NCBI GenBank assembly: GCA_965153455.1
Contig: OZ234493.1
Coordinates: 22,000,213 to 22,064,212 of the forward strand
DNA length: 64,000 nucleotides
Origin: Sphagnum compactum
Taxonomy: Eukaryota
Reading direction: 5' to 3'
Shown: positions 26,641 through 37,300 of the stretch, one piece after another
How positions within the stretch are numbered: position 1 is the stretch's first letter
Layout: each line of letters starts with the position of its first letter
The notes under the pieces: generated by a model
What the model saw: only the letters and a program-made list of their open reading frames with translations
What the model was told of the DNA's origin: nothing
The model's database searches: none
Position numbers and translations under genes: made by a program

Positions 26641-29004
26641 ATGGAGACGGTTGCTCTGCTTATGGAATGCAAAGATGTGGCGAGGACTTTACAATGGGGA
26701 AGTGAACAGGTGAAGTTTAACAAATCCTTGTGCACACTCCTTGCAACGACATACTCACGCTCCCTCAACGGTGCCGATTATATCCGTGTCCGTGATTTGT
26801 CTGCGTGCGAAACAACTGTGACGGAACTGAGGCGTATACTGTCGTGTGGAGAGATGTTGGTGGCGCAGTGGAGCGACGAGAACTGGTGGAAGTCGCTGAT
26901 CAGTTCATCCGATTCCGCGTCGATCCAGAAAAAGCTCGTCCTCCACCTGGATGAGTTTCTTTTCTGCGTCAAGTTGTTGATGCTGAATTGTGACGACGTT
27001 GTAGCGCCGTATTCCTCTGATTTATTGACGAAAGATGTCGAGGTCGCCTCTCTATTTGACCTTGAGAGCTTGTCACGCACTTTAGAAACGAAAAGGAAGT
27101 CACTGCCCCCAGGAGATGAGAGTAAGCTTGTAGATCATGCGCTGGACAAACTCAGAGCAACGAGTCCTGGTCACGTTCATCTACTCTCGATAGAATATGA
27201 TGATGTGAAGCGCGGGCATTTTCTTGGGCAGGGATCGTTTGGAGCAGTGTTCAAATGTGAATATCTTGGAGTGCCGGCGGCTGCCAAGGTGTTCATAGTA
27301 CCAAACACAACAACGTTGGTCAATGAAGTGAAGAAAGAAGCGGATCTACTAGCAAGGTTGCGTCACCCAAATGTGGTTCAATTCGTAGGGTATGTGGTCA
27401 AGGGAAGAGAGCATGTCATTGTTTCAGAGCTCATGAACATGGACCTGCGGAGGTACTTAGACGAGAATGTTCATGAAGATCAATCTAGACCTCCACTTCC
27501 ACTGCTGTTAGCTGTCGATATAATGCTGCAGGTGGCACAGGCCATGAAATATTTGCATGAGAGTATGGTGATGCACCGTGATCTCAAGGCTAATAATGTT
27601 CTCATAAATATCCTGGAGACTCAGGACTCACGCCTTTCCTCGTCTCTGCAAGTTAAGATCACAGACTTTGGCTTGTCAAAGTTGAACCTAAACAACTCTA
27701 GGTTTACCACAAGGCAAGTGGGGGCAACTCCTTGGAGAGCACCAGAGGTGTTCGAAGATGAAGAGAACACAGAGAAATACACAAATGCAGCAGATGTGTA
27801 TAGCTTTGCACTGGTTTTCTTTGAGGTCCTCACTGGGGAGGTGCCATTTGCCGATATACCACGATCTCAGATGCTTCTAAGCATTCGACGTGAGGAGCGG
27901 CCAACTTTACCATCTGAGGAATATTGTCCTGCACACTTATCTGCAATCATAAAAATGTGTTGGGCCACAAGGGCAGAAGACCGTCCTAAGTTTTCTGAGA
28001 TCTGCCAAAAGTTGATGGAGGTCAAGGGGAGGATTATGTTCCAGTCATATCCTCTTCAGTCCCCCTATAAACCGCAAAAATGCACCAATGATAGTGGTTA
28101 CACTGGAAGCATCATTGCAATGGGCAACACTGAAAAATGCTTTCAAGGAAGTGGAAGGATAGCTAATATGACCATTTCCACTCCAAGTGATCTATTGACC
28201 GGGACAAACAGGTTGCAAGGAGAGATACAAGAGCTTGATCGATCACCCCAGCATCAAGACAAACCAGTGGGTGAATTAGCATGTGAAATCCAGCAGCTAT
28301 CAACTGTTGATCATGATACACGCAATCTCAGGTATCATATGCACAAGCTTGCCAAAAATGATATTTTGAGTGTTAACAGACTCATACGCAACTTCATCTT
28401 GAACTCCTCACAGCGGCAAGTTCCACGCATTGCACTCTTCACCACACAAGATGCTAGTTTCAAACAAAAATTGATCACAAAACTGGTTCCAGGGAGGAAA
28501 GTTGTTCGACTTCATCTACTTTGTGAATACAAGGGACAAGCGCACATAGTTGAAGGACAAGCTGGTTGTCAAGTGATCCTCCAAGACGAGAATCAGGAGA
28601 AAGTTCACGAGTTGGTGGTGGAGGGGTTGAAATGGGTTTCGTTGGCTGCCAAAGTGGAGGCACACATTGCAATGGGGCTGGGGAACATGGTTCCAAATCC
28701 TAATTTGGAATATGGAAAGGCTGTTGTTGCGTTTGGTGAAGGTGTGCTAAAAGACCCACCAATAGACTGGGCCACTGTCACCCCTGGAAAACCTGTGAGA
28801 GATGAGGCATCTGCCAGCAGAACAGCAGAGAGTACGTCTGCAGAGCAATGGTTGGTGAATTTTTTGAAAGATGAAGACATTTTAAATAAATTTGGGTTGC
28901 GGAGAGTGGTCTACATGGACACAGGAGAATTGGGATGGATCTGTCAAAAACATTTTGACCAAGGCATGCGCGTTGGGGAACTGGATGAATTTCCAGTTAG
29001 GTAG
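26641..29004 (+). CDS. 787-aa protein: MLKL/DUF1221-like helical bundle + Raf-like (TKL) protein kinase + TORNADO1-like C-terminal domain
   Basis: Uninterrupted ORF. Kinase motifs GQGSFG, AAAK, HRDLKANN, DFG, GATPWRAPE, DVYSF at about 27200-28020. N-terminal NKSLCTLL...ELRRIL...LVAQWSDENWW. C-terminal RQVPRI...RLHLLCE...HIVEGQAGC...AEQWLVNFL...KFGLRRVVY.DTGELGWICQKH matches the TRN1 C-terminus as I recall it. Confidence 0.92.
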   Translation: METVALLMECKDVARTLQWGSEQVKFNKSLCTLLATTYSRSLNGADYIRVRDLSACETTVTELRRILSCGEMLVAQWSDENWWKSLISSSDSASIQKKLVLHLDEFLFCVKLLMLNCDDVVAPYSSDLLTKDVEVASLFDLESLSRTLETKRKSLPPGDESKLVDHALDKLRATSPGHVHLLSIEYDDVKRGHFLGQGSFGAVFKCEYLGVPAAAKVFIVPNTTTLVNEVKKEADLLARLRHPNVVQFVGYVVKGREHVIVSELMNMDLRRYLDENVHEDQSRPPLPLLLAVDIMLQVAQAMKYLHESMVMHRDLKANNVLINILETQDSRLSSSLQVKITDFGLSKLNLNNSRFTTRQVGATPWRAPEVFEDEENTEKYTNAADVYSFALVFFEVLTGEVPFADIPRSQMLLSIRREERPTLPSEEYCPAHLSAIIKMCWATRAEDRPKFSEICQKLMEVKGRIMFQSYPLQSPYKPQKCTNDSGYTGSIIAMGNTEKCFQGSGRIANMTISTPSDLLTGTNRLQGEIQELDRSPQHQDKPVGELACEIQQLSTVDHDTRNLRYHMHKLAKNDILSVNRLIRNFILNSSQRQVPRIALFTTQDASFKQKLITKLVPGRKVVRLHLLCEYKGQAHIVEGQAGCQVILQDENQEKVHELVVEGLKWVSLAAKVEAHIAMGLGNMVPNPNLEYGKAVVAFGEGVLKDPPIDWATVTPGKPVRDEASASRTAESTSAEQWLVNFLKDEDILNKFGLRRVVYMDTGELGWICQKHFDQGMRVGELDEFPVR

Positions 29005-29048
29005 GACTGTACACTAGAGGGATTGAAACTTGGGGTTTCTGTCCAAAT

Positions 29049-31830
29049 ATGCCATTTCTTAGAATGTAGACTCGTCTTCTGAGATCCCAGCTGTGCTGTT
29101 GGTTGTCCTTATAGCGGTCAGTTTGATGTGATTATTGTGCTCACGGAAGTCCAACAAGGCGAGAGAAGAAGAGTTTCTTAGGCTGCAGTGCATGGCAATA
29201 TAGGAGCAAGCCCGGCAGGTGGGAAGAGGAATCCAAAAGATTGAAGCAGTCACACATTTTGCGAGCCGAACACAAATGTTGAGGAGCAGTAGGAGCAAGA
29301 GGAGAAGGTGACTACAGAAAGCAGACGAAGTCTGAAGCTAAACTCAGAGAGGATGCAGAGTTGGAAGCTGTCAACAAGAGGAAGCGGGCGGAGCTTGTAG
29401 CTGCAAACAAGAAGCAAGCGGAGTTTGAAGCTGCAAACAGGAAACAGGCAGAGGATGAAGTTCACATTAGGAAGCAGGTGGAGCTTGAAGCTGCAAACAG
29501 GAAGTGGGAAGGGGAAGAATCTCACACTAGGAAGCAAGCTGAATTGGAGATTGAACGGAGGAAGCAGGCTGAGAATGAAGCTGCAGATAGGAAAAGACAG
29601 GCTGAGGAGGAGGAGGCTAAGAGCCAAAAAATGGCTGAGGAAGAAGCAGCTTATCTTCACCAGGAGCAAAAGGCTGAGCTAGAAGCTAACCCTTAAAAGA
29701 AACAGATGTTGGAAGAAGCACAACACAGAAATCAGGCAGAGGAACTAGCAAAGCACACTAAGAGTGTAGACAAGGCACAGCAGCAGCAGGGGGAAGTACC
29801 AAGCGCAATGTAGCCTAAGAAGAAGCAGCAGATGGGTGCAGGTGGATATTTTTATTTTGTATGTGGGAAATGAAAAATAATATGATGCAAGCAGTGCAAG
29901 TGGGTACATTACTGGTATGTGTTTTTCCACACACTGTGTTGATGTGGTGGGCAGAGGTTGTCTGGAATGTCATCATGTGGGTTGGGATGTTGTGAGATTG
30001 TACCCATGGCCTCGATTGCTGTGTTTGGTTTGCTGGTGATGATATTACATGTGGTTCATGAACTTATGATTTCGTTGTGTTTTGGGGATGTTGAGTTCTT
30101 AGAGCTTCTCTGGAATGTCATCATGCGGGTTAGCATATTGTGGGGTCATACCCATACAGCCTTGATGTGATTGGTTTGCTGATGATGATATATGGAGTTC
30201 ATGAACGTACAATTTGGTTGTGTTTTTGGGGGATGTCCAGTTGTACAGAATGTCAAATGCAGCATTGGGTTGCTGTCCACAAGTTTGAATGCCATGGTCC
30301 CGAAACAGGCAGCCCTGGGAGCCTGGATACCGATAGTCAGACTGTCGCTGAGGTGCATAGCCTTGGAATCTCAAGGAGTGAGAATCATAAGGTCTTTGTT
30401 GACTTCACAGACACCAGCAATGTGAATGAAGTAGGACCACTGGCACAGGTGTTGTTGAATCCTGATGGAGCAACTCAGATGCAACAAAAGCTGCCATCTT
30501 GGACTGTGACTTCTAATGGGCAACAACGTGCAAAGGCAAAGAAGGTTTGTTGGGAGAAACTAACTTGGAAGCTCCTTTCCACTTTTGGTTTTGCCCTTTC
30601 CAACCCACAGACAGTATTGGGGTAGCCTCTATGGTTCTTAAGAAGAGAGTGTGGATTGCAGTTGAGGTGGGTGAATCAAGCAGATGGACCAGTAGCATGT
30701 TAAATGCTGGATCATTATGTGGACCCTCTTGAATAAGGTAAAGAGGAGTTCCATACTAGTTGTGACAGTCCCCCCCTTTTGCTGGATCCTTTGTTTCATT
30801 GGTGGTTGGTGTTGGTGTGGTATTGGTGGAATTCCTCAGCATTTCTTTGACATATGCATCTCTTTCTGCCGGAAGAACATATTGGTATTCTCAGATAGAT
30901 GTACTTCTGTCTTCCAAATGTGAAGGTTAGGTGAGGTTGTTTCCAATATTAATCTGCTAATTTACTGCTTTTCAATCCCATCTGAGCAGAAGAAAGTAGG
31001 GAATCTGCCACCTCACAGACCTTAGGTTATGCCAAGAAGGATGATACAGATAATTTGTTTCCCTGCAATGTTTTGGTTGGAATTGAATGTTGTAAATGGG
31101 ACTGAGGTCTATTGTCTTCCAGTCACTTCCGACTGAACAATCAGGTCCAGTAGGTCAATTCACATGAGAAAGAGAGTTTTCTTCAAGAAACAGAAAGGGC
31201 CAGTTCTAGGAGTATCTACTGTCTAGGATTTCTAGAGTTTCTAAATGTCTAACCTGAGAGTTGGAAAGATGAGATGTGTTGAGCACATATGAATTGTATG
31301 TGTGATTTCAGGTTTTCTATTGACTTGATGCAAATGATTTGCGTGGACAAGGTTATTGCAGAAAAGTCTGTTGATGATTCCATTTGAGAGACAACACTTA
31401 TTCACCACTATTTTGGTGGGTGTCTGCAATCACAGGTATTAGTCCCAAGACTAGAGTGAAGATATCTTTCCAATGCAGGAACTGCTGTACTCTGGTTGAC
31501 CTACACACTACATACATATGTCCATGTGGTGTGTCATGGATTTCTTTAGTCTGGATTTGCTTGGTCTCTTGCTGTTTGATCAGACATTCATATTGTTCTA
31601 GAACTAGTTAATCCTATTTCAACCTTGGATATGTAGGGGAGGAAGAGGGGTTAACGTGGGTGCTGTTCTGATGTTCTGCTGTCAGGTGAAGTGTATACAG
31701 TGCCTTCATGAATCTAATTGATATGAACCCATGTTCTTGTGGATATCCAAGGCAATGTTAAGTCCTTGGAGGATGCTCGTGCTCAATTCACAAATACTGA
31801 ACTGTTGGGTGGTGCCAACAAGTACAAGTG
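29049..31830 (+). pseudogene. MYND-type ubiquitin-specific protease (UBP15-19 family) pseudogene
   Basis: N-terminal hydrophobic segment EIPAVLLVVLIAV followed by KAREEEFLRL; coiled-coil (EAANRKQAE)n; MYND finger split by GT-AG intron 29915-30240 (VCGK*KII*CKQCKWVHYC|CTECQMQHWVAVHKFEC); peptidase exon at about 31685-31830 VKCIQCLHESN*YEPM.../VDIQGNVKSLEDARAQFTNTELLGGANKYKCD. Stops, frameshifts and missing exons. Confidence 0.85.
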
Positions 31831-33706
31831 TGACCAGTATGTGCTTCTCATGTGCTCTGGAAATATTGGTGGTTGCGTTCATGTCCGTCTTCGAAGCCAG
31901 AAAATTGAATAGTTTTATGCTCCTGGAGACAAGTTGTTAGACATAGTATATTTTGTTCCGAAGTTGTCTAATTCTTGTGTGCAATGTAGGGGAATACACT
32001 TGGATCCAGGATTGTAGAAAGTTGGTAAAGGTGGATTGCAAATGGCTCATCATCCAGATGGTGTAACATGCAGGATTTTGTGAGTGGTTTGCTCAAAGAG
32101 ATGGAGACCATGCTCCCTCACCTGTACAAAGGATTGTGAAAATGGGATCAGAAACATTACCTAGGAAGAACCTCAGAAAACAACATTCAGGACTGCATTT
32201 CACTGGACAACATGCTCACCAGGTAGCATTTAGGCTTGCAAAAGTCAGATGATGAGGATGTTGTCTTCCCACTCTCTTTTTTATTGCAAGGTGCAATCTC
32301 TTGCATGCATGAACTAAATTTGTTTGTCCTTCCTTTCCTTCCTTTTGGTGATCAGAAAATTGTGGTATTTACTGGTTGGTCTCTGGGTGTGGGTTTGCAA
32401 ACTGTGCATTGGGTGAAGGGTGCAAGCTTGCCAGTTTACAGCAAAATGCCCCTCTGAAATTGTTCTGTAGTGGCATGGCATATCTCCTTCTATTTGTCTT
32501 TTGACTTGTCTTCAAATTCTATTAAAATTCTTGGACCTTTCATGACAACCTGTTGATGGTAGAAAGTTAGTTCGGGGTCAATAAATTAAGCTTCCTAATG
32601 ACTAAAGGATGTGCGAATGATGACAATAGGCAATGTGACCAATATATTAGGGACTCACTGGTTAGGGTCTTCCAAGCTCAAAGGGCAACTCTTGTGTTGT
32701 TAACCGATGGTTATGGTTGTTTAGAGGTTCATCCACTTTTCTGTTTGCTTCAAGTTCCTGAACCTTGGATGCTGGGATTTCTGAACAATGTTGTCTATTC
32801 TGCATATGCAGGAGCTGAAAGCATGTCTAATGTGGGGGAGAATTTCAGTAAATGCGGAGGCTATTGACTTACCTAGGTGCCCAGTTCTCAAATTCCAGTG
32901 ACAAGTAATCGAGACTGATATATGGGGGAGTTTTTGGAATCCTTCAAATGGTCATCCATGGACCATTCCAAAGACAATTTCAGAAATAGCTACCTCATTT
33001 TCGAGCCCAACTATTTCATTTCTTTCTTAATAACTATATCTCTCACCTTTCCTAATACCTACCTCCATTTTATAACTACCTCATTCTTTTTCCCTATCCA
33101 TTAACATGGATATGAAAAAACAAAATAACACGTGTCTTTTCATGTCCATGAAATGTATATCAATTTAATTTAAATTTGACATTGACATAAATAATGACGT
33201 GTTGTTGAAAACCATATGAAAACATAAGAAAAAAAATAAAATAGTTGATCGTCACTGGCAGTGCACAGCAACATGGAGCTCAAACACATATATATACACA
33301 TTTATATATGAATGGCAAATAAAATATTTAAAATATTTAGGAATAATAATGATATAAATATCATATTTAAGATATTTAGAAGCATTGACATATAGGATAG
33401 TCATCTTCAATATCTTAAATATCTTGTATGATTGTGCTTTAAAATATTTTAAATATGGTGGTTCATTTTGTCATGTTCTCTTTTTCTTGTAAGCATCATG
33501 CTTAGTGAAACTTTGAATATACCTTTGTGGTGTTGTTAATGTGACCTGAGGCCTCATGCTCATATTTCATGTCTCTGGAGCACCAATTTGGGTCTTCCAT
33601 TTTAACCTTAATCTTTTGAGAGGTTTCTTCGTTTTGTTGTCATGGCTGCCAGGGGAAATATTACAAAGAGGGTTGCTAATGAGGCAAGTTCTTCATATAA
33701 CCCTTC

Positions 33707-34345
33707 AAAGATTCTAATATGAAGTAACAAATCTGTGTGGAGGTTGCATGCTTGGGAGTCAATGCTGTCATCATGGGTAGTCAAGGTGCACATTCTTCTC
33801 TGCTCTGTCCACTTTAGGAAACCCTCCCATTGTAGTCACCCTTATGCTCACAGTTCTGCTTGATACCTGGTTTATTGAAGGAAATTGTGTGTGAGATGGG
33901 GTGGCAAAGACCAATTTTGGGGACTTTAAAAATGTGTCAAGGGAAAGTGATATCACATTTCTATAGTATAAGAAAACTTGTGAACATGATGATGTCTGCA
34001 GCACTATGCTATTTGTAGTCAAGGCTGCCTTGTGCCAAATTTTGATAGTGGTCCCTGCTGCAAAAACCTCAACATGTGTTTCTAACGTAACCATTCATGC
34101 CCTTTATTACAGGTATTCATTGTGCTAAGGTCATTTGTTTCTAGTGGATCAACATAGTAGCTTGTTTTGCTTAGAATTTCCAGTTATGTTGGTGTTGTGT
34201 GCATGGTAGGTGCTGGTGCATGAAAATGTTGCTGGAAGACTTGTCTTGGAAGTTTCAGTGATTACTGTGTCCATGGTGCAAGTACCAGAGGACAAAGATG
34301 GTGATAAAAACCCTCCTCACTGTTTACACTCTAATCTCTATCCAT
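33707..34345 (+). pseudogene. Universal stress protein (USP, PHOS32/34-like) pseudogene fragment
   Basis: KDSNMK*QICVEVACLGVNAVIMGSQG joined across a putative GT-AG intron (33786-34209) to AGA*KCCWKTCLGSFSDYCVH.../YPEDKDG. This parallels the plant USP motif KDHDMKERLCLEVERLGLSAVIMGSRG..LGSVSDYCVHHC..RYPDDKDG. Confidence 0.75.
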
Positions 34346-37300
34346 CTGCACACCCAGTCCTGAGGCCTCCTAGACTTGAGACTCTGACAACTAACCTATA
34401 ACTGAAAGCTGAGAACCTGCACATTAGATATGTCCAGCAATTTTTCTGTTGCTTGTGCTTTTATTATTGCATGCTATGGTTCCTTGTGTCAAGAGACAGA
34501 GTTTGCCAGAGTTATCTTTTTCACTTTCTTTCCTTTGCTGTCTACCTCTTGGTCAACTCAAAAGGTTTGGAGGTTCCTTTTAGAAAAACTTCAGCAACTA
34601 GGTGCAGTTTCACACCTGTGTGTTCAAAACTCCCTGCCTATAAACTTGATAGAAATTTTAGAATTTCCAACATGTGTCCTTTGCAACTAGATTAGCTGTC
34701 TGATGTTCCAACTTCTGCTTTGTTGTATACATGTCATGGATTTCTTTATTCAACCTCTGTTGGTCTCTCTAGCTGCTTGTCCTGAACTTACAGAAGAAAA
34801 AGGAAACAAGGCTTTGGATTTCAGGCAGCATGATCCTGTAAAAGTCAAACAAAGGGAGAGGGCAGCATGGATTATGGCATGGGAGAAAATTTCCTGACAC
34901 ACTATGGGGTCTGCTGGTTCACCTCTGCATGCAATTGGCCCCTCCTAGAATATGCATTGGATTTTGTGTATAATGTCACCTCTGATCGTTTTGGCATCTT
35001 CTTCTTGGGTGTACTTCTTTGGGCCTTGCTTTGCTCTTCCCAGAGAATTCCAGGTTCAGGAAGCCGCCCAGTTTGCTGCAAGAATTGGACCAGAATCTGG
35101 ACAGTGAATGGGGAAGGTGTTAGTTGTTCAGGTGAAGGATGCACAGGAATGGTAGCGAGCATAAAGTGTGGATTTGTGGTGTTTTGCAGCAGTTGTCAGT
35201 CTGAAAGGGGGCAGAATGACTATAAAATGAATTTAGTGTTCAATGTGCATCAGACTTTGTAGAGGCAGTACATGCAGGCTCAAGGGGGACTCCAAACTTC
35301 AGGAGTGCAACCATGCAATGCAAGCCTTGTGAGCTTTCCTCTGTGATTGAGAAGCAATTCAACTGTTTGGTGCATTGATTGGTGATTTTCATCTTCCCCT
35401 TTGGTAAGCACTTCTATCCTTGAGTCTGATTTGGGAATAGAAGCAATGATTCTCTTGGGAAAGATGCCATGGGATGTCAGAATTTCACTCCCTTATGTGG
35501 TTGTGTGCAAGTATTCATACACTAGAGAGAATGCAGGATGGTCATGATGCAAAAGGACATAATGATGGCATTCATAGGTCTCTTCCTGTTGTTGGTGATC
35601 TACAATAGTGAGAACCAAAGATTCATACACATTGCTCCATTCACATGCCTGATAACCAGAGAGTATGCTTTTCATCATATAGCAAAGGACACGAACTCAA
35701 AATGTGTTGGAGAGGGTCCTGGTACCAAGCAACAGAGAGTACAATTTTAACCTGTTACTGTACCCTTCACCCTAAGGGATGCTTACAGGTCATCTCTTTG
35801 ATGCCCTTGTGCATGTTCTCACACACTCAGAGTGTACATTGTTTTCTTGGTGCTCATTGTTGTGGTGTTGTGCATCTTTGTCTTGATGGGGAATCAAGGA
35901 ATTGGAGGTCAAGTTCTGGTTTTCTTTAGTTTGGGTGTGTTTCCAACTGAGCTGGAGAAAAATTGGCCACTTCAGCAGGGATTTTATCTCTTACTTCACC
36001 TTCATTGTGATGTGCTATTGTCATTCTCTTGAAGCTGACCACCTTTTCTGACTTCTTTTGGTCTTGGCCTTTGCCTCTTCTCAACTCTCATTTCACCTCT
36101 CCGTCAAGTACTGAGATGAACCAGTGTAAATTGTTCATCAACATTTGGATTCTATCATGGTTCTCATGAAATTAAATTGGGGACTTGAAGTTGGATTCAA
36201 GATTCCTTTTTTAGTTTGAGCTTAATTTGCCTTTGCCTTTCCTATTCTTCATGGACAACTCCAGGTGATTCCTATCTTGGGGATCCTGGCTGTGATTTAA
36301 AGACTCTTGAGAACAGAACAAGGGATCGTTAGCATTAGGAAGACTTCACCCAGCTTAGTGATCTGAGGCTGCAGGTGCTCCTGTACTGCTGACAAAATGG
36401 CACAAAGTGTGGATTGATTAAACTCAAAGAGCAATTTATCATTATTCATGTGAGTATTCTAACATCTGATATCTCCAGGTGCAGGACTTTGTTTCTGGAA
36501 CTGATCCAATGTAAATTGGAGAGCGGGTTTGGAATAGAGCTTTCTCTATTGTCATTCTCAACAATAGGTTCTAACAGCTATCTGCACAGTCCCAGAACAT
36601 CATGATATTGTGTTACAGTAATTGAAATCTTTAGACATAAGAGTCCAACAGAATCCACACCTAGTATGCACTTTTGTAGTCTTCTTCCAAAAATGCAAAA
36701 CATGTATTCTTTGTATTGAGACTAGCAAACAATTATAGGAAACACTACTATAATTCCTGCTACCATTGCAGACAACACAACCAAAACATCTGGAAAGGAC
36801 ATGTCTCTGCATGCAGGTAACTAATGTTGTATTGACCTCTGTGGAGATGTCCATTTGGTCTGCAACATTGATTCCTTTTTCTTTTCAATATTCTGTTTTC
36901 TGATTTGGGTCTCTGGTGCATGTTTCTCTTGTTATGCAGGAGCTTTGTATGAACCTTCCAAAAGTTTGCAGTGCAATTTTAGCCACTTTCACAAAGGCAC
37001 AAGAAATTGTAAATGTCCAGTGTCTTCGCACCATGAGAGAGAGAGGTAGTGGAGTATGCATTGGCCTCTTGGTCTCACTTTCTCTAAGGTCACTGAACAG
37101 CTGATTCTATATTCAAGCAAGTAAATCTGTTTTCCAGAGCAATAAAACTCATTACTCAGAACATGGGGCTCCAAACATTCCCTTTGTGAGAGTGTGACCA
37201 AATCTGCTAAATTTGCAACATTCTTAAAGCACATATGTGAGGTGAATTGGAACCCACACTTCATGGGGCTTGTCTCTTTCCTCCCAGAGAATCTTAGGTT

